Assembly (NCBI GenBank): GCA_963845755.1
Contig: CAWJTV010000011.1
Coordinates: 192,001 to 256,000 of the forward strand
Direction of reading: 5' to 3'
From: an uncultured Planctomycetota bacterium
GTDB taxonomy: Bacteria; Planctomycetota; Planctomycetia; Isosphaerales; Isosphaeraceae
Length of the DNA: 64,000 bases
Shown here: piece by piece, positions 9,833 through 21,036 of the stretch
Layout of the letters: each line of letters begins with the position of its first letter
Numbering within the stretch: position 1 is the stretch's first letter
The notes under the pieces: generated by a model
Databases searched by the model: none
What the model was told of the DNA's origin: nothing
What the model saw: only the letters and a program-made list of their open reading frames with translations
Program-made: the position numbers and the translations under genes

Positions 9833-10158
9833 CTACCAGAAGAGGCCGGTCCGGCTCCCCCGCAATCGGTCGTACTCCGCCTTCCTGGCCCGCTCATCGG
9901 CCCGAGCATGCTCGATTTCGAGCTGGAGCTGCTGGATTGCCGCGTCGTCCGTCAACCTCCGGTGACTCACTCGTCCCGGGCTCAGCTCGGCGGACTCGCG
10001 AGCGGCCCGGGCCTTCTGATAGGCGGCCCGAGCCGCCGGCAAAGCGGCCTTCCTTCGAGCCCGCTCGCGAAGGTCCACGACGAGCGCCAGCATCAATCCC
10101 AACACGAAGACCGTGATGATCAGGCTCGGGACCGAAGATCGTGCGTGGGGCTGTCGCA
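9833..10158 (-). CDS. Small single-TM hypothetical protein (planctomycete type)
   Basis: Hydrophobic N-terminal helix followed by an Ala/Arg/Glu-rich helix; GGAGG RBS. Confidence 0.65.
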
Positions 10159-10202
10159 TGGTCGGGACCTCCACGCGTCATGATTTCCGCTTGATCGCTC
10201 CC

Positions 10203-10958
10203 TCAACCATCAAGCTCCCGATCCCAGACGGTGGACGACGCGGCGCCGACGAGGGCCGGCTCCGCGGGGCTGTCTCCTTTCGCCTTGCCGGGGAATCGAA
10301 ATCGAAGTGCGCGAAAGATCCGGGCGCGATCGGCGGGGCTCACGTCGACGATCCAGGATCTCGCGTCGAGCCGACAACGCCCGAATCGGTCCCAGAGCAG
10401 GAAGTAGTCAACCCAGGCGTTCTCATCGTCGTGGACGATCTCGCAACGGGCGAGTTCGACCCAGGGCACGAGCTTGAACCTGTTCCAGAAACCGGCCCGG
10501 CTGCGAATCCCCTTGTCGTTGATTTCGCAGATCTTGGGTTGCTTGGATAGAGACGTTATCAGGCCAATGCCGATGAGAATCAGCCCAGGAATCCACAGAG
10601 TACTCGAGCACAGACCAAGGCCAAGGAGAATGATGATTCCGGCCGCGACCCAGATCGCCAATTGGTTGTAGCGGACCAGGATCGGGAGATCCGCGGCAAG
10701 CTCTTTCTCATCGCGATGGTCCGTCTGAAATCGCTCGACCATCCGACTACGCACGGGGATGCCCGCATGCGAAAGGGCTTTGAGCAGGAGGAATTCCGAA
10801 TAGAAGTAAAACAACGGACCGACGATCAGAACGACCCATGGATCGGGACGAAGGGCGGGGAAGAGGATCATTGGTCCGAGAAAGGGGATGGCCAGGAAGA
10901 GCATCGCCGGCATGGCCGCGAAACGGACGAATCGTCGAGAGACGCTATTCGGCAACAT
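10203..10958 (-). CDS. Hypothetical membrane protein
   Basis: Several TM segments; C-terminus VWDRELDG. Confidence 0.65.
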   Translation of the reverse strand: MLPNSVSRRFVRFAAMPAMLFLAIPFLGPMILFPALRPDPWVVLIVGPLFYFYSEFLLLKALSHAGIPVRSRMVERFQTDHRDEKELAADLPILVRYNQLAIWVAAGIIILLGLGLCSSTLWIPGLILIGIGLITSLSKQPKICEINDKGIRSRAGFWNRFKLVPWVELARCEIVHDDENAWVDYFLLWDRFGRCRLDARSWIVDVSPADRARIFRALRFRFPGKAKGDSPAEPALVGAASSTVWDRELDG

Positions 10959-11085
10959 GGCGTACCCTTTTCGTAGCCGCGGCGCCAACGGAGGGACGGA
11001 TACCGGTCTCCTTGTCGATCGGACTGATCTACTACCATTGTAATCGGACTCGCCAGTCCGGTCCAAGAATCTGTCCGAGATCTCC

Positions 11086-11145
11086 GTAGGATGGGTGAAA
11101 CCCACCGAGAAGGGCCCCGATCCTGGTGGGTTTCACCCACCCTAC
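11086..11145. repeat. GTAG-family REP doublet
   Basis: GTAGGATGGGTGAAACCCACC ... GGTGGGTTTCACCCACCCTAC inverted pair. Confidence 0.85.
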
Positions 11146-11240
11146 AACGGCCGGAAGCCGTTCTCGGATCGTTACCAAGGGAGTAGCCATCGGCGCGACC
11201 TGTTCCGACACGAAGGCCGCTCGATCCCGCGCGAGCCGGC

Positions 11241-12263
11241 TCAATAGGCATCGGCACTGACGACCTCTCCGCCGGCCCGGGTGCCCAGGGCGTTCCAGGT
11301 GCTCAGGTTCACGGTCGCCTTGATGAATCGCACCGAGCCGTCCAGCATCAGCAGGTTCACGCCGCCGGGGTGGGACGAGCTGGGCCCGATGAACGAGTCG
11401 ACGTTGCCGAAGGCGGCCGTCATGGCGCATGCCGGCTGGTCCGGGGGCATGACGTGGTAATACGGCCCGCCCCGGCCGGTGTCCTGGAGCGTCCAGTATT
11501 CCCCCTTGAAGTCCCAGAGCGGAGTCCTGGCGGCCTGGCAGAGGTTGTAGTCGTTGAGCGGCCCGCCGTTGGCGTATTGCGCGATCGCGTAGACCAGGTT
11601 GAATCCCGGAGCATTCTGCCCCGACTTCCCCTTGATCCATTCGCTGAACCCGGCCGTGTTGCTGGTGCCGTCGGTGATGCCGGCGATCCGGACGAGGCTG
11701 CCATAGTAGGGGTTGCCGCCGATCCACCAGGCCGTGCCGTTGGTGCCACCGCCCGAATTCTGGCGATTCACCCCGCCATTGACTGCGTAGTTGACCGTGG
11801 TTACCGGGACGCTGAATCCCCCCGCGAGATCCTCGGCACTGCCCGGATTGGAATCCGATGGACAAAGATAGCCGGGGATCGCCGTGGACATGACGGTCGT
11901 GTTCGCCGGCACGGAGCTGCCGTTGAGCACGTCGCCCAGCGCGAAGTTATAAGCGTCGTAGACCGCCCGCTGCTCCAGGTAGTTGGTCAGCCGCAGGTGG
12001 ATCGAAGCGGTCTGAGGCACGCGACCGCTGCCACCCGAGTTGCCCAGGATGTCCACGCTCCCGGCCGGAGGGAAGACGTCGTAGGTCGTATGGTACTGGT
12101 GCATCGCCAGCCCAATCTGCTTCATGTTGTTGGTGCACTGCATGCGCCGCGCTGCCTCGCGCGCCGACTGCACGGCCGGCAGCAAGAGTGCAATCAAGAC
12201 CGCAATAATCGCGATCACCACCAGGAGCTCGATCAGGGTGAATCCCCTTCGTTGACGAAGCAT
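11241..12263 (-). CDS. DUF1559 prepilin-type N-terminal / H-X9-DG protein
   Basis: [53 protein letters not shown]. Confidence 0.95.
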   Translation of the reverse strand: MLRQRRGFTLIELLVVIAIIAVLIALLLPAVQSAREAARRMQCTNNMKQIGLAMHQYHTTYDVFPPAGSVDILGNSGGSGRVPQTASIHLRLTNYLEQRAVYDAYNFALGDVLNGSSVPANTTVMSTAIPGYLCPSDSNPGSAEDLAGGFSVPVTTVNYAVNGGVNRQNSGGGTNGTAWWIGGNPYYGSLVRIAGITDGTSNTAGFSEWIKGKSGQNAPGFNLVYAIAQYANGGPLNDYNLCQAARTPLWDFKGEYWTLQDTGRGGPYYHVMPPDQPACAMTAAFGNVDSFIGPSSSHPGGVNLLMLDGSVRFIKATVNLSTWNALGTRAGGEVVSADAY

Positions 12264-12405
12264 GGCATCACCTCCCAGGAGCAATATTGCTCAATCCTCG
12301 TCCGACCGGACAAGAAAAGGTGGCCGGGCGGCGTGTCCGCTCTTCTCGGCCACGGCAATGAGTATTGATAGAGAGATCTCTGGTCCACCGGGCTGGGAGG
12401 GGGTA

Positions 12406-13020
12406 ATGGCCGTGGTGCATGAGAATTCCGTCACAATCTGGCTGGATGGGATCAAAGCCGGTGATGGTCCGGATATTCAGAGGCTCTGGAACCGATACTT
12501 CGAGCGGTTGGTGCGGCTGGCCGGCAAGAAGCTGCCGGCCCATTGTCGCCGGGCGTTCGATGAAGAGGATGTGGCGCTGAGCGCCTTCCAGAGCTTCTGC
12601 GACCGCGCCGGCCGGGGCCTGTTCCCGCAGTTGAACGACCGCGACGACCTCTGGCGGCTCCTGGCCACGATCACGGTACGCAAGGCGCTTGGTACGATGC
12701 GTCACCAGAGTCGTCAGAAGCGCGGCGGGGGCCAGGTGCTGGGCGAATCGGCCCTGTTGGTGGGCGGAGACCACGAGGGCGACGGCCTGGGCGAAGTCCT
12801 GGGCCGGGAGCCGACCCCGGAAGCGGTCGCCCGGTTTGCCGAGGAATACCAGCGATTCCTGGCCAGGCTGCAAGACCCGGCGCTGCGATCCATCGCCTTG
12901 CGCCGGCTGGAAGGCCAGACCGCCCCGGAGATCGCCGCCGCGACCCAGGTCTCCACCAAGACGATCGAGCGGAAGCTCCGGTTGATCCGTGCCCTCTGGA
13001 GCGAGGAGACCGTCGAGTGA
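12406..13020 (+). CDS. ECF sigma factor (planctomycete, kinase-associated)
   Basis: SVTIWL...LWNRYFERLVRLA, DEEDVALSAFQSF, C-terminal HTH TIERKLRLIR; GTGA overlap with the kinase. Confidence 0.9.
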   Translation: MAVVHENSVTIWLDGIKAGDGPDIQRLWNRYFERLVRLAGKKLPAHCRRAFDEEDVALSAFQSFCDRAGRGLFPQLNDRDDLWRLLATITVRKALGTMRHQSRQKRGGGQVLGESALLVGGDHEGDGLGEVLGREPTPEAVARFAEEYQRFLARLQDPALRSIALRRLEGQTAPEIAAATQVSTKTIERKLRLIRALWSEETVE

Positions 13021-15259
13021 AGTCCCGGGCAACGCTCAACGATCCGATCTTGCCGGTGGCCGAGTTCATCCAGATCGATGCGGCCTGCGACCGGTTCGAG
13101 GCCGCCTACCATGCCGGCGAGCGGCCGGATCTGGCCGCCTACCTGGCCGAGGTCCCCGCCGGGGCGCGGCTCGCGCTGTTTCGCAACCTCCTGAACCTGG
13201 ACCTCGAGTATCGGCAACGCGCCGGCGAGCAACCGGACCGAATAACCTACCGCGCGCAGTTCCCCGACCTGGCCGAGGTCGTCGAGTCGGTGTTCCACGG
13301 CCAGTTCGCGAGCCGGATGCCGACCCGGCTTCGCATGCGGAAAGACGCGGAGATCGATGCGTCCGGCGAGACCCGGACGGCCGTGATCGGCCAGGATGAG
13401 GAATCGATCACCCGGTCCGATGGAATGGGCGTGGATGCGTTCGACGAGCTGAGGTCGGCCGGATACGAAGTCACCCGACTGCTGGGGCGGGGCGGGATGG
13501 GCATCGTCTACCGGGCCCACCAGGTTGCCCTCAACCGCGAGGTCGCGCTCAAGTTGATCCGGTCCGGCAGCTTCGCCTCGGAGGCCGAGGTGGTGCGGTT
13601 CCAGAACGAGGCCGAGGCGGTGGCGCAGCTCGATCATCCGCACATCGTCCCGATCTACGAGGTCGGCCGGCATCGGCGTTATCACTTCTTCAGCATGAAA
13701 TTGATCGCCGGGACCAGCCTGGACAAGCGGCTCGAGGAGTTCGCCGCCGAGCCCGCGCCGCGGCCCGGCTGGTCGCCACGGTCGCCGAGGCCATCGACCA
13801 CGCCCATCGGCGCGGGATCCTCCATCGCGACCTGAAACCGGCGAATATCCTGCTGGACGATCGCGGCGAGCCGCATGTCACCGACTTCGGGCTGGCCAAG
13901 CGGCTCGACGCCGCGGGCCCCGAGATGACGCAATCGAACGCCCTGATCGGGACGCCGTCGTACATGTCGCCGGAGCAAGCGACCCGGTCGCGGGGGCGCT
14001 GATCGACGGCGACGGACGTCTACGGCCTGGGGACGATCCTGTATGCCTTGCTCACCCGCCGGGCGCCGTTTGCCGGCACCTCGCTGGTCGAGACGCTCGA
14101 CAAGGTGCGGAGCCATCCGCCCGAGGCCCCTTCGCGGCTCAATCCGGACGTGCCGCGCGGGCTGGAAGTCATCTGTCAGAAGTGCCTGGAAAAAGAGCCG
14201 AGCCGCCGGTACGCCGGTGCCCAGGAGCTGGCCGACGACCTGACCCGGTGGCAGAAGGGCGAGCCGATCCGGGCTCGTCCGGTCGGTCCGGCGGTCCGCG
14301 CCGCGATGTGGTGCCGTCGCAACCCGGCGCTGGCCACGGCGGCGATGCTCCTGACGCTTGCCCTGACCGGCGGGTTTGCGGGCGTGATCTGGCAATGGCG
14401 CAAGACCGAGCACAATCGCGCCCTGGCCGAGAAAGTCGTCGAGTTTGTGACGCTTCGGCTGCTGGCCCAGGCCGACGCCGAGCACGACCCGCTGGGCAAG
14501 AACCTGAAGGTTCGCGAGTTGCTCGACCGCGCCGCGGCCGAGCTCGGCGGCTGGGCCGGCGACCAGCTCGACATCGAGGCGCGGCTTCGCGAGATGATTG
14601 GCGGGGCTTATCTCTCGCTCGGCGAGTACCCGCGCGCGGAGGAACAACTCAGCCAGGCGATCCGGATCGACATACGGGTCCAGGGGCCGGGCGGCCGGGG
14701 CACGCTCGGGGCCACCAACCTGATGGCCACCCTCCTCGACCGGACGGGCCGATCCCCCGAGGCCGAGCCGCTGCTCCGCCGCAACCTCCACGACGCCCGC
14801 CGCTTCCTCGGTCTGGACGACTCCCTCACGCTCGACGCCGCCGAACGACTCGGCTCCGTGCTGTGGCACCTGGGCAAGTTGGATGAGGCCGAGGCCGTGC
14901 TCCGCAAGAATGTGAGCGACCGCAGCCGTGTGCTCCAGCCGGAGCATGCCGACACGCTCCGATCCCTCTACCTCCTCAGCCGGTTCCTCCGCGAGCGCGG
15001 CCGGCTCGACGAAGCCCAGAGGATGGCCTACGACTACGCTCACAGCGTCCAGTGCACGCGGGGCTCGAACCACCCCGACGTCATCGCCGCGATCAGCAAC
15101 CAGGGGGACGTGGCCCGCGACCAGGGAAAGCTGGCCGAGGCCGAGCTGTTCTATCATCGCGCGGCGGTCGAGGCCGAACGCATCCGCGGCCCCGATCATC
15201 CGACCACCCTCGCCGCCGAGAAGACCTGGGAAGCGTTGCTCCGCGCGATGGGGCGATAA
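13017..15259 (+). CDS. Ser/Thr protein kinase with TM and TPR repeats (frameshifts near 13755 and 13995)
   Basis: [40 protein letters not shown] across three frames; TPR C-terminus. Confidence 0.9.
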
Positions 15260-15322
15260 ATGTTTACATATGATCATTGAAGTGCAGTGACTCAAGCATC
15301 TTCTGGCACGCTGTCCCGTTGG

Positions 15323-15624
15323 CTCGTTCCCACGCTCGCGTGGGAATGTCGTCTGGGACGCTCTGCGTCAACGTCTTCGAAGGAAGCCCTCCGCGAATCA
15401 TTGAGACTGACGCGATGATGTGCCCGAAGTCGAGCGACATCCGCGACCAGTCGGTGGATTGGGGCGAAGTTTGCGATCCGACCCCTGGGAGACCCGGCGG
15501 CGCACGGAACTCTGCCGAAGGGGGGTCATGAGTTTCGGTGACAACCGAGTGGTCATTCGGGATCGAAGACAAAGACGACGCGGAGCGTCGAAGGCGGCAT
15601 TCCCACGCGGAGCGTGGGAACGAG
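15323..15624. repeat. REP-like element with nested inverted repeats
   Basis: CTCGTTCCCACGCTCGCGTGGGAATG (15323-15348) / CATTCCCACGCGGAGCGTGGGAACGAG (15598-15624); inner GACGCTCTGCGTC / GACGCGGAGCGTC. Confidence 0.85.
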
Positions 15625-16203
15625 TTAAGACGCATATTCTGGTGTGTTGCCGCGTTTCCATTTGATGTTGCACCCCACGCTGGGCCGCTGATCGTCGCCG
15701 ACCGGCCGGCCGGCGAGGACGGCGTCCAGGGCCGCCCGGAGGTCCTGGCCCGTGACGGGGCTGGCGTTACCCGGCCGGCTTCCGTCCAACTGACCGCGAT
15801 AGACGAGCTTCTGGCCCTTGTCGAAGACGTAGAAGTCGGGCGTGCAGGCGGCGCGGTAGGCCTTGGCAACCTCCTGGGTCTCGTCGTAGAGATAGGGGAA
15901 CGTGTAGCCCGTCGCGGCCTTTTCCCGGACCATCATCTCCGGGCTGTCCTCGGGGTAGCCGACCGCGTCGTTGGAGTTGATCCCGACGGTGGCCACGCCT
16001 TTCTCGCGGTAATCCTTCGCCAGCGCGGCCAGTTGATGACGGACGTGCTTGACGTAAGGGCAATGGTTGCAGAGGAAGACGACCAGGAGCGCCGGAGCAC
16101 CCGCGAATTCGTCAAGGGTGACGATCCGGCCGTCGGTATCGCGCAGGCGAAAGCCCGGGGCCTGGGTGCCGAGGGGGAGCATGGTCGAAGGGGTCAGTGA
16201 CAT
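15625..16203 (-). CDS. Thioredoxin-like (AhpC/TSA, redoxin) protein
   Basis: FLCNHCPYV, AACTPDFYVFD, YRGQLD, SVGCNIKWK. Confidence 0.93.
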   Translation of the reverse strand: MSLTPSTMLPLGTQAPGFRLRDTDGRIVTLDEFAGAPALLVVFLCNHCPYVKHVRHQLAALAKDYREKGVATVGINSNDAVGYPEDSPEMMVREKAATGYTFPYLYDETQEVAKAYRAACTPDFYVFDKGQKLVYRGQLDGSRPGNASPVTGQDLRAALDAVLAGRPVGDDQRPSVGCNIKWKRGNTPEYAS

Positions 16204-16292
16204 GGGTTGAGTCCTCCTGTCGCTGCGGGCATCCGTTACGAGTCATTTGACGATTGCCACCAGCCTAACGCGGCCGTCGGCCGCGGCCCAAC

Positions 16293-16494
16293 GGGAATTC
16301 CCGATTCGAGATTCGAGATTCGAGATTCGAGATTCCCGATTCCCGATTCCCGATTCGAGATTCGAGATTCCCGATTCCCGATTCGAGATTCGAGATTCGA
16401 GATTCCCGATTCCCGATTCGAGATTCCAGATTCAAAAGAAAGGAATCGCCTCCATCGGGAGTATGGAATCTCGAATCTCGAATCTCGAATTCCC
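16293..16494. repeat. Heptamer tandem array GATTC(GA/CC), about 20 units, plus 4 inverted units
   Basis: Units 16296-16435; inverted (T)CGAATC units 16464-16491; GGGAATTC/GAATTCCC ends. Confidence 0.92.
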
Positions 16495-16600
16495 AAGAAT
16501 TGCGCACCGCGCAAAGATTCTACGAAGGTAGACTCTATAATAGGGTTCTCCTGGACGCGAGAGCCCCACTCGAACCCGACTCCCGAGGACCCAACAGGTC

Positions 16601-17656
16601 ATGCGATGGGACATGCTGCCGGCGATCGTTCTGCCGATCGCGACTCTGCTGATGATCGGTCTGGATGCGGCTCCAACACGGGGAGCCGACAGCGAGCCGG
16701 TGCGACTGATCTTCGACACCGACATCTGCGGCGACTGCGACGACGTGCTGGCCCTCGGCATGATCCACGCGCTCCAATCGCGCGGCGAGTGCCGGCTGCT
16801 GGCCGTGACGATCAGTGTCGATCACGAGCAGGCCGCGCCGTTCGTCGATGCGGTCAACACCTTCTACGGCCGCGGCGAGATCCCCATCGGCGTGGTCGGG
16901 CAGGGGGGTGTCGTCGAGAAGAGCGCGTTTCTCTCGCTCGTAGAGGAGAAGGATGCCGAGGGCCGGTACCGCTATCCCCATGACCGGACTTCGAGCCGTC
17001 CGAGCGCGACTGCGGTCCTCCGCAAGGCCCTGGCCGCTCAGCCGGATCATTCGGTCGTGATCGCCCAGGTCGGCTTCTCGACAAACCTGGCCCGGCTGCT
17101 CGACTCGCCCCCGGACGAGTACTCGCCGTTGAGCGGTGTCGAGCTGGTCAAGAGTAAGGTCAAACGACTCTCGCTGATGGCCGGGGCGTTTCAGCCGATC
17201 GACCTCGATCTCCGCTATCGAGAATACAATGTCGTCAAGGACGTCAAGAGTGCCCGGACGCTGGCCGAACGTTGGCCGACGCCCATGCTTTTCAGCGGCT
17301 TTGAGATCGGGATCGCGCTGCCTTATCCCGCGACGAGCATCGAGCGCGATTACCGCTACGTGCCGCATCATCCCCTCGCCGAGGCGTACATCAGGCGCAA
17401 CCCGCCGCCGCACAATCGCCCGACCTGGGACCTGACCAGCGTGCTGGTCGCGGTCCTCGGCGACCGCGGTTACTTCGACCTCTCGCCGAACGGCAAGGTG
17501 ACCGTCAACCCGGACGGTTCCACGCAGTTCGTCGAATCGCCGCAGGGCAAGGATCGCTACCTGATCCTCCGGCCCGAGCAGAAACCACGCGTGCTCGAGG
17601 CCTTGGTCCAGCTCTCCAGCCAGCCGCCGACGCGATCTGAGTCATCCAGGCCGTGA
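16601..17656 (+). CDS. Nucleoside hydrolase family protein (secreted)
   Basis: Signal peptide; LIFDTDICGDCDDVLAL, EYNV, PTWDLTSVL. Confidence 0.88.
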   Translation: MRWDMLPAIVLPIATLLMIGLDAAPTRGADSEPVRLIFDTDICGDCDDVLALGMIHALQSRGECRLLAVTISVDHEQAAPFVDAVNTFYGRGEIPIGVVGQGGVVEKSAFLSLVEEKDAEGRYRYPHDRTSSRPSATAVLRKALAAQPDHSVVIAQVGFSTNLARLLDSPPDEYSPLSGVELVKSKVKRLSLMAGAFQPIDLDLRYREYNVVKDVKSARTLAERWPTPMLFSGFEIGIALPYPATSIERDYRYVPHHPLAEAYIRRNPPPHNRPTWDLTSVLVAVLGDRGYFDLSPNGKVTVNPDGSTQFVESPQGKDRYLILRPEQKPRVLEALVQLSSQPPTRSESSRP

Positions 17657-17745
17657 AGCGAAACCTCGGCGCACTTCCTCGTTCCTCGTCAGCCCTCGAG
17701 ACGACAAGGGAGGCGGTCCGCGGAATCCCGCCGCGCCTGACGCCC

Positions 17746-20663
17746 TCAGTGCGATCCGGAGCGGCTCGGATAGCCGGGCAGGGGGGTCGGCCGGGCGTGT
17801 CCCTCCTTCAACAGGTAGCCGGCATCGGCTGGCAAAGGGCCGAAGCGATCCACCCGCCCTGAGGGCCAGGCCACCTCGATCGACTCGACCTGGCGGGCGT
17901 CGCCGAGGCCGAAGTGGAGCCTCGGGTCGGAGGCCGACTGGTAGCTCCCTCCACCGAATCGCCAGGCGCTCTGGCGCCGGCCGCCCGCGATGATGGTCAC
18001 CCGGGCGCCAACGGCGTCGCGATGGGAGGCCGTCCCTTCCAGGCGGAGAGTCAGGGCATGGCCGCCGTGAGGGTCCGGTTGTGGAAGTAGGCCAAAGGCC
18101 CGTCTTGCGCGAGGAGCAGGAAGTCGATGCGACCGTCGTTGTCCAGGTCGCCCACCGCCAAGCCCCGACCGACCCGCGGGACTTGCCAGGGCGGACCGGC
18201 TCGGTCGCTGACGTCGGTCAATCGCCCTCCCTCGCTGCCCATCAGGAGCTGTGCGGGCATGGCGTAGGGGATCTCCGGGCGGAAGTCGTCAACGTGGCCG
18301 TTGGCGATGGCGAGGTCGAGCTGTCCGTCGTTGTCCGCGTCCAGGAACGCGATGCCGAATCCGAGGCGATAGCGCGTCGGGACCGCCAGGCCGAGCTCAA
18401 CGGTGTGGTCGACGAAAGCGCCACCGCCGAGATTGTGGTAGAGCGTCGTTGATTCATTGTAGAAATTGGTGACGGCCAGGTCGGGCCGGCCGTCGCCGTC
18501 GAGGTCTCCGCAGGCCACCCCCATGCCCGCCTGGTAGCCGCCTTGCCCGTTGGCGGCCAGGCCCGAGGAATCGCCGACTTCCTCGAATTTCAGGCCACCG
18601 AGGTTGCGGAAGACGTAGTTGGCCGACTGGTCGTTGGCCACGAACAGGTCGAGCCGCCCGTCGCCGTCGAGGTCGGTCGCGACCACCCCCAGCCCCTGAC
18701 CATGCCAGTCGTTGATGCCGGCTGCTTTCGTGACGTTGACGAACCGGCCCCCGTCGTTGCGGAAGAGGTGATCCGGCAGCGACGGGAATCGCTCGGGCGC
18801 ACAATAGCTGTGTCGCCGCTTCTCATCGTCCCAGCAAAGGCGCGGGTGCTCGGCATCCCACTCGAGGTAGTGGCAGACGTAGAGGTCGAGGTCGCCGTCG
18901 CCATCCAGATCGGCGAAGGCGGCTGAGGTCGGCCAGTCGCGAGGGCCGCCCAGGCCGGCGGCCTCCGTCACATTCCGGAAGGTCCCGTCCCCCTGATTGC
19001 GATAAAGAGCATAAGCGCGCCATCGGGTGACGAACAGGTCGGGATGGCCGTCGTTGTCATAATCGCCGACGGCCACGCCGTGTCCGTAGCCCTGCGTGAG
19101 TTTCGCGATGCCGGAGGCGGCCGTGGCGTCCGCGAAGGTGCCGTCCCCCTGATTGCGGAAGAGGCGGTCACCACCCTGAGGCGCTTTCGGGTCGGGAGGG
19201 AAGGGGCCGCCCTGGACGAGGTAGACGTCGAGCCAGCCGTCGCCGTTGTAGTCGAGCAGGCCGATGCCCCCGCTCATGGTCTCGGGAATCTGTCGGGAGG
19301 GGGTTGCGCCGTTGTCGAAGCGGAAGCGGAGACCGACGGCTTCGGCGTCATCCGTGAAGGCTGGGGGAGCCGAGAGTCGTTCTCGGGGGTGCGCCGCCGC
19401 GGAGGAGAGTGAGGCCGCACCGAGCTCTGCGAACAGGCCGGCGAGCGTCGCGCCGGCTCGGGTAGACCTGGCCTGGGCCAGTCGCGACAGCGCCGCACGC
19501 GCCTCTTTGTGGCTGGGGGTGCTTTCGAGGACCAAGGTCCAGAGGGCCCGGGCCTCGAACGTCCGGCCGAGCACCTCGGCGAGGCGCGCCATCTCGTTGA
19601 CATGGCGGATCGCCTCGGCGCTGGGTCGGGTCACCAGCATCTCATAGCGGATCTTGGCCAGATCCATCTCAGCCTTCTGCTTGCGGAGCCGGGCGGCTCG
19701 CTCGGCCCGGCCGGCTCTCAGCTCGAGCTCGGCCAGCCGCTCCAAGGCCGGGAAATGACTGGGGGCAATCTTGAGGAGCTCTTCCAGCCGCTGATGCTCC
19801 CGCTCGAGGTCACCAGCCTGGGCGGCGAACCAGACGCCCAGAGCCAGGACCTCCTGCGGGGGGACGCTTGCTGGCGGCAGATGCTCGAGGGCCCTTCGTG
19901 CCTCGGCCACCTCGCCAGTCGCCAAGGCCCATTCCAGGCGGCCCCGCCAGACGGCCGCGTCGGTCGGTCGGCGCCGCATGCAGTCGTCGAGCCGGCGCTT
20001 CGCATCGGCGAACTGGCCGGTGCGGATGGCGAGGTTGGCACGACCGAGCCAGATCCGATCATCGTCTGGAGCGTTCTCCGCCGCCTTCTCCAGGGCCGGC
20101 CAGATCCTCTCGATCGGGACGGGGTTGATCGAATCCAGGTTCGCCAGTTGCCGGAGCAACCCCATCCGGTCGGGATAACTGTCCCAGGCTTCCTGGATCA
20201 CGGGTCGCAAGTCGGCGAATCGCCCTTCGAGCCGGAACAGGGCGACGAGCGTCTCGCGGGCCTCGAGGGCGTGCTGGCCCGAAGCGCGGAGTGCCGCCGG
20301 GAGCAGCGCTTCGGCCGCGGAGAACTGGTCTCGCTTGAGCAGCAGCCTCACACGAAGCATGGCCGCATGTCCGGCGAAGGGGGAATCGGACGGCACGCGA
20401 GACCAGGCCGCCAGGGCGGAGTCGGGACGACCGAGGGCCTGTTCGCAAGCCCCCAGCAAGAACGTCACCTCTCCCTCGCCGGGCCACCGGACCGCCGCAT
20501 CGGAAAGCAACCGACACGCCTCGGCGGGCGAGCCGGCGGCGATCCGGGCCTTGGCCTGCGCCAGTTTCGCCCGATATTGCCACGAATCGACGCCACGCGC
20601 CGTCCCCCACGCGGCCAACATCAAGGCGATACCCAGGACCACGAACAGCCGACGCCGACGCAT
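17746..20663 (-). CDS. TPR + FG-GAP/CRTAC1 + ASPIC/UnbV protein (frameshift near 18060)
   Basis: DYNGDGWLDVY and DLDGDGDLDL repeats; C-terminal GGGSYQSASDPRLHFGLG in a second frame. Confidence 0.9.
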
Positions 20664-20811
20664 CCCACCCTCCCCGTGGACCCCACACAGGCCGTGGTAC
20701 CGGTCCTCCGTTGACGTGTGCCCCGATTCGTCTTAAGATCCAAGCTTGATCATCCACATGATCACTGCCAATCTCAAAGTCTGACGCGGCCTTCGGCTGC
20801 AGCCGGACAGG

Positions 20812-20972
20812 GATTCCGGATTCGAGATTCCGGATTTGGGATTCCGGATTCGAGATTCCGGATTCGAGATTCCGGATTCGAGATTCCGGAGTCGAGATTC
20901 CGGAGTCGGGATTCCAGAGTCGGGAAGACGGAATCGTCTCCATCCGGAATCTGGGATGTTGAATCTTGAATG
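20812..20972. repeat. Heptamer tandem array (alternating GATTCCG/GATTCGA, about 16 units) plus inverted units
   Basis: Units 20812-20923; degenerate inverted GAATC units 20945-20972. Confidence 0.9.
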
Positions 20973-21036
20973 GAAACTGTTGAATCGAGGATTCCTCAGA
21001 TGCTCGCACGAGGATCCCCGTAGGGAGGTGATCCGA

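Noticed and set aside
16296..16435. Heptamer arrays as CRISPR
   Set aside because: No spacers; simple 7-bp tandem units
16207..16983. ORFs with IPDSRFEIRDSRF repeats (also 20733-21938)
   Set aside because: Translations of non-coding heptamer arrays
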